In this document: positions 63,577 to 64,000 of the stretch, piece after piece
Layout of the letters: every line of letters begins with the position of its first letter
Position numbering within the stretch: position 1 is the stretch's first letter
Source: the human T2T-CHM13v2.0 reference genome, Homo sapiens
Length of the DNA stretch: 64,000 bases
Assembly: GCF_009914755.1 (NCBI RefSeq)
Contig: NC_060945.1
Direction: 5' to 3' (one strand)
Notes under the pieces: model-generated
Seen by the model: only the letters and a program-made list of their open reading frames with translations
Database searches by the model: none
Told to the model about the DNA's origin: nothing
Translations under genes and position numbers: made by a program

Positions 63577-63836
63577 GGCCAGGCACGGGGTGGGGGTCAT
63601 GCCTGTAATCCCAGCACTTTGGGAGGCCAACGTGGGAGGATCACTTGGGCCCAAAAGTTTGAGACCAGCCTGGGCAACACAGCAAGATTCAATCTCTACT
63701 AAAATAAAAAAAAAATAGGCATATGCCTGTAGTCCCAGCTACTCAGGAGGTGAAGGCAGGAGGATCACTTGAGCCTGGGAGTTCAAAGTTGCAGTGAACT
63801 ATGACCCTATCTCCAAAAATAAATAAATAAATAAAA
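63577..63836 (+). mobile_element. AluJ with deletions
   Basis: J-type motifs and (TAAA)n tail. Confidence 0.88.
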
Positions 63837-63875
63837 GGCATAATTATAAGTTGGCAGAAATAATTATATAATAAA

Positions 63876-64000
63876 TTTTTTTTTTTTGGAGACAGTCTCT
63901 CGCTCTGTTGCCCATGCTGGAGTGCAGTGGCACGATCTCAGCTCACTGCAACCTCTGCCTCCATGGTTCAAGAGATTCTCCTGCCTCACCCTCCAAGTAG
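63876..64000 (-). mobile_element. Alu (cut by the window end)
   Basis: Poly(T) followed by an antisense right arm. Confidence 0.9.

Overview
Repeat-rich primate (almost certainly human) genomic DNA. There are two gene-derived features, both on the minus strand. One is an intact single-exon high-glycine/tyrosine keratin-associated protein gene (KRTAP19-8, CDS 18013-18204) with a TATA box, a LEF1/HK-1 motif and a poly(A) signal. The other is a 5'-truncated processed UBE3A pseudogene (UBE3AP2, about 39735-42912), inserted with a target-site duplication (TSD) into an old L1 and later interrupted by an AluY. From memory this gene pair corresponds to human 21q22.11. The rest is Alus, L1/L2 fragments, MaLR/ERVL LTRs, an ERVL pol remnant, and solo ERV1 LTRs (MER39, LTR2, LTR8, LTR12). 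Nearly all other ORFs in the track are repeat-derived or chance ORFs. I see no evidence of a new multi-gene system. The most unusual unexplained structure is a perfect 68-bp inverted copy (4158-4225 / 7083-7150) that looks like a templated insertion. Repeat subfamily names come from recalled consensus sequences, not from a database run.
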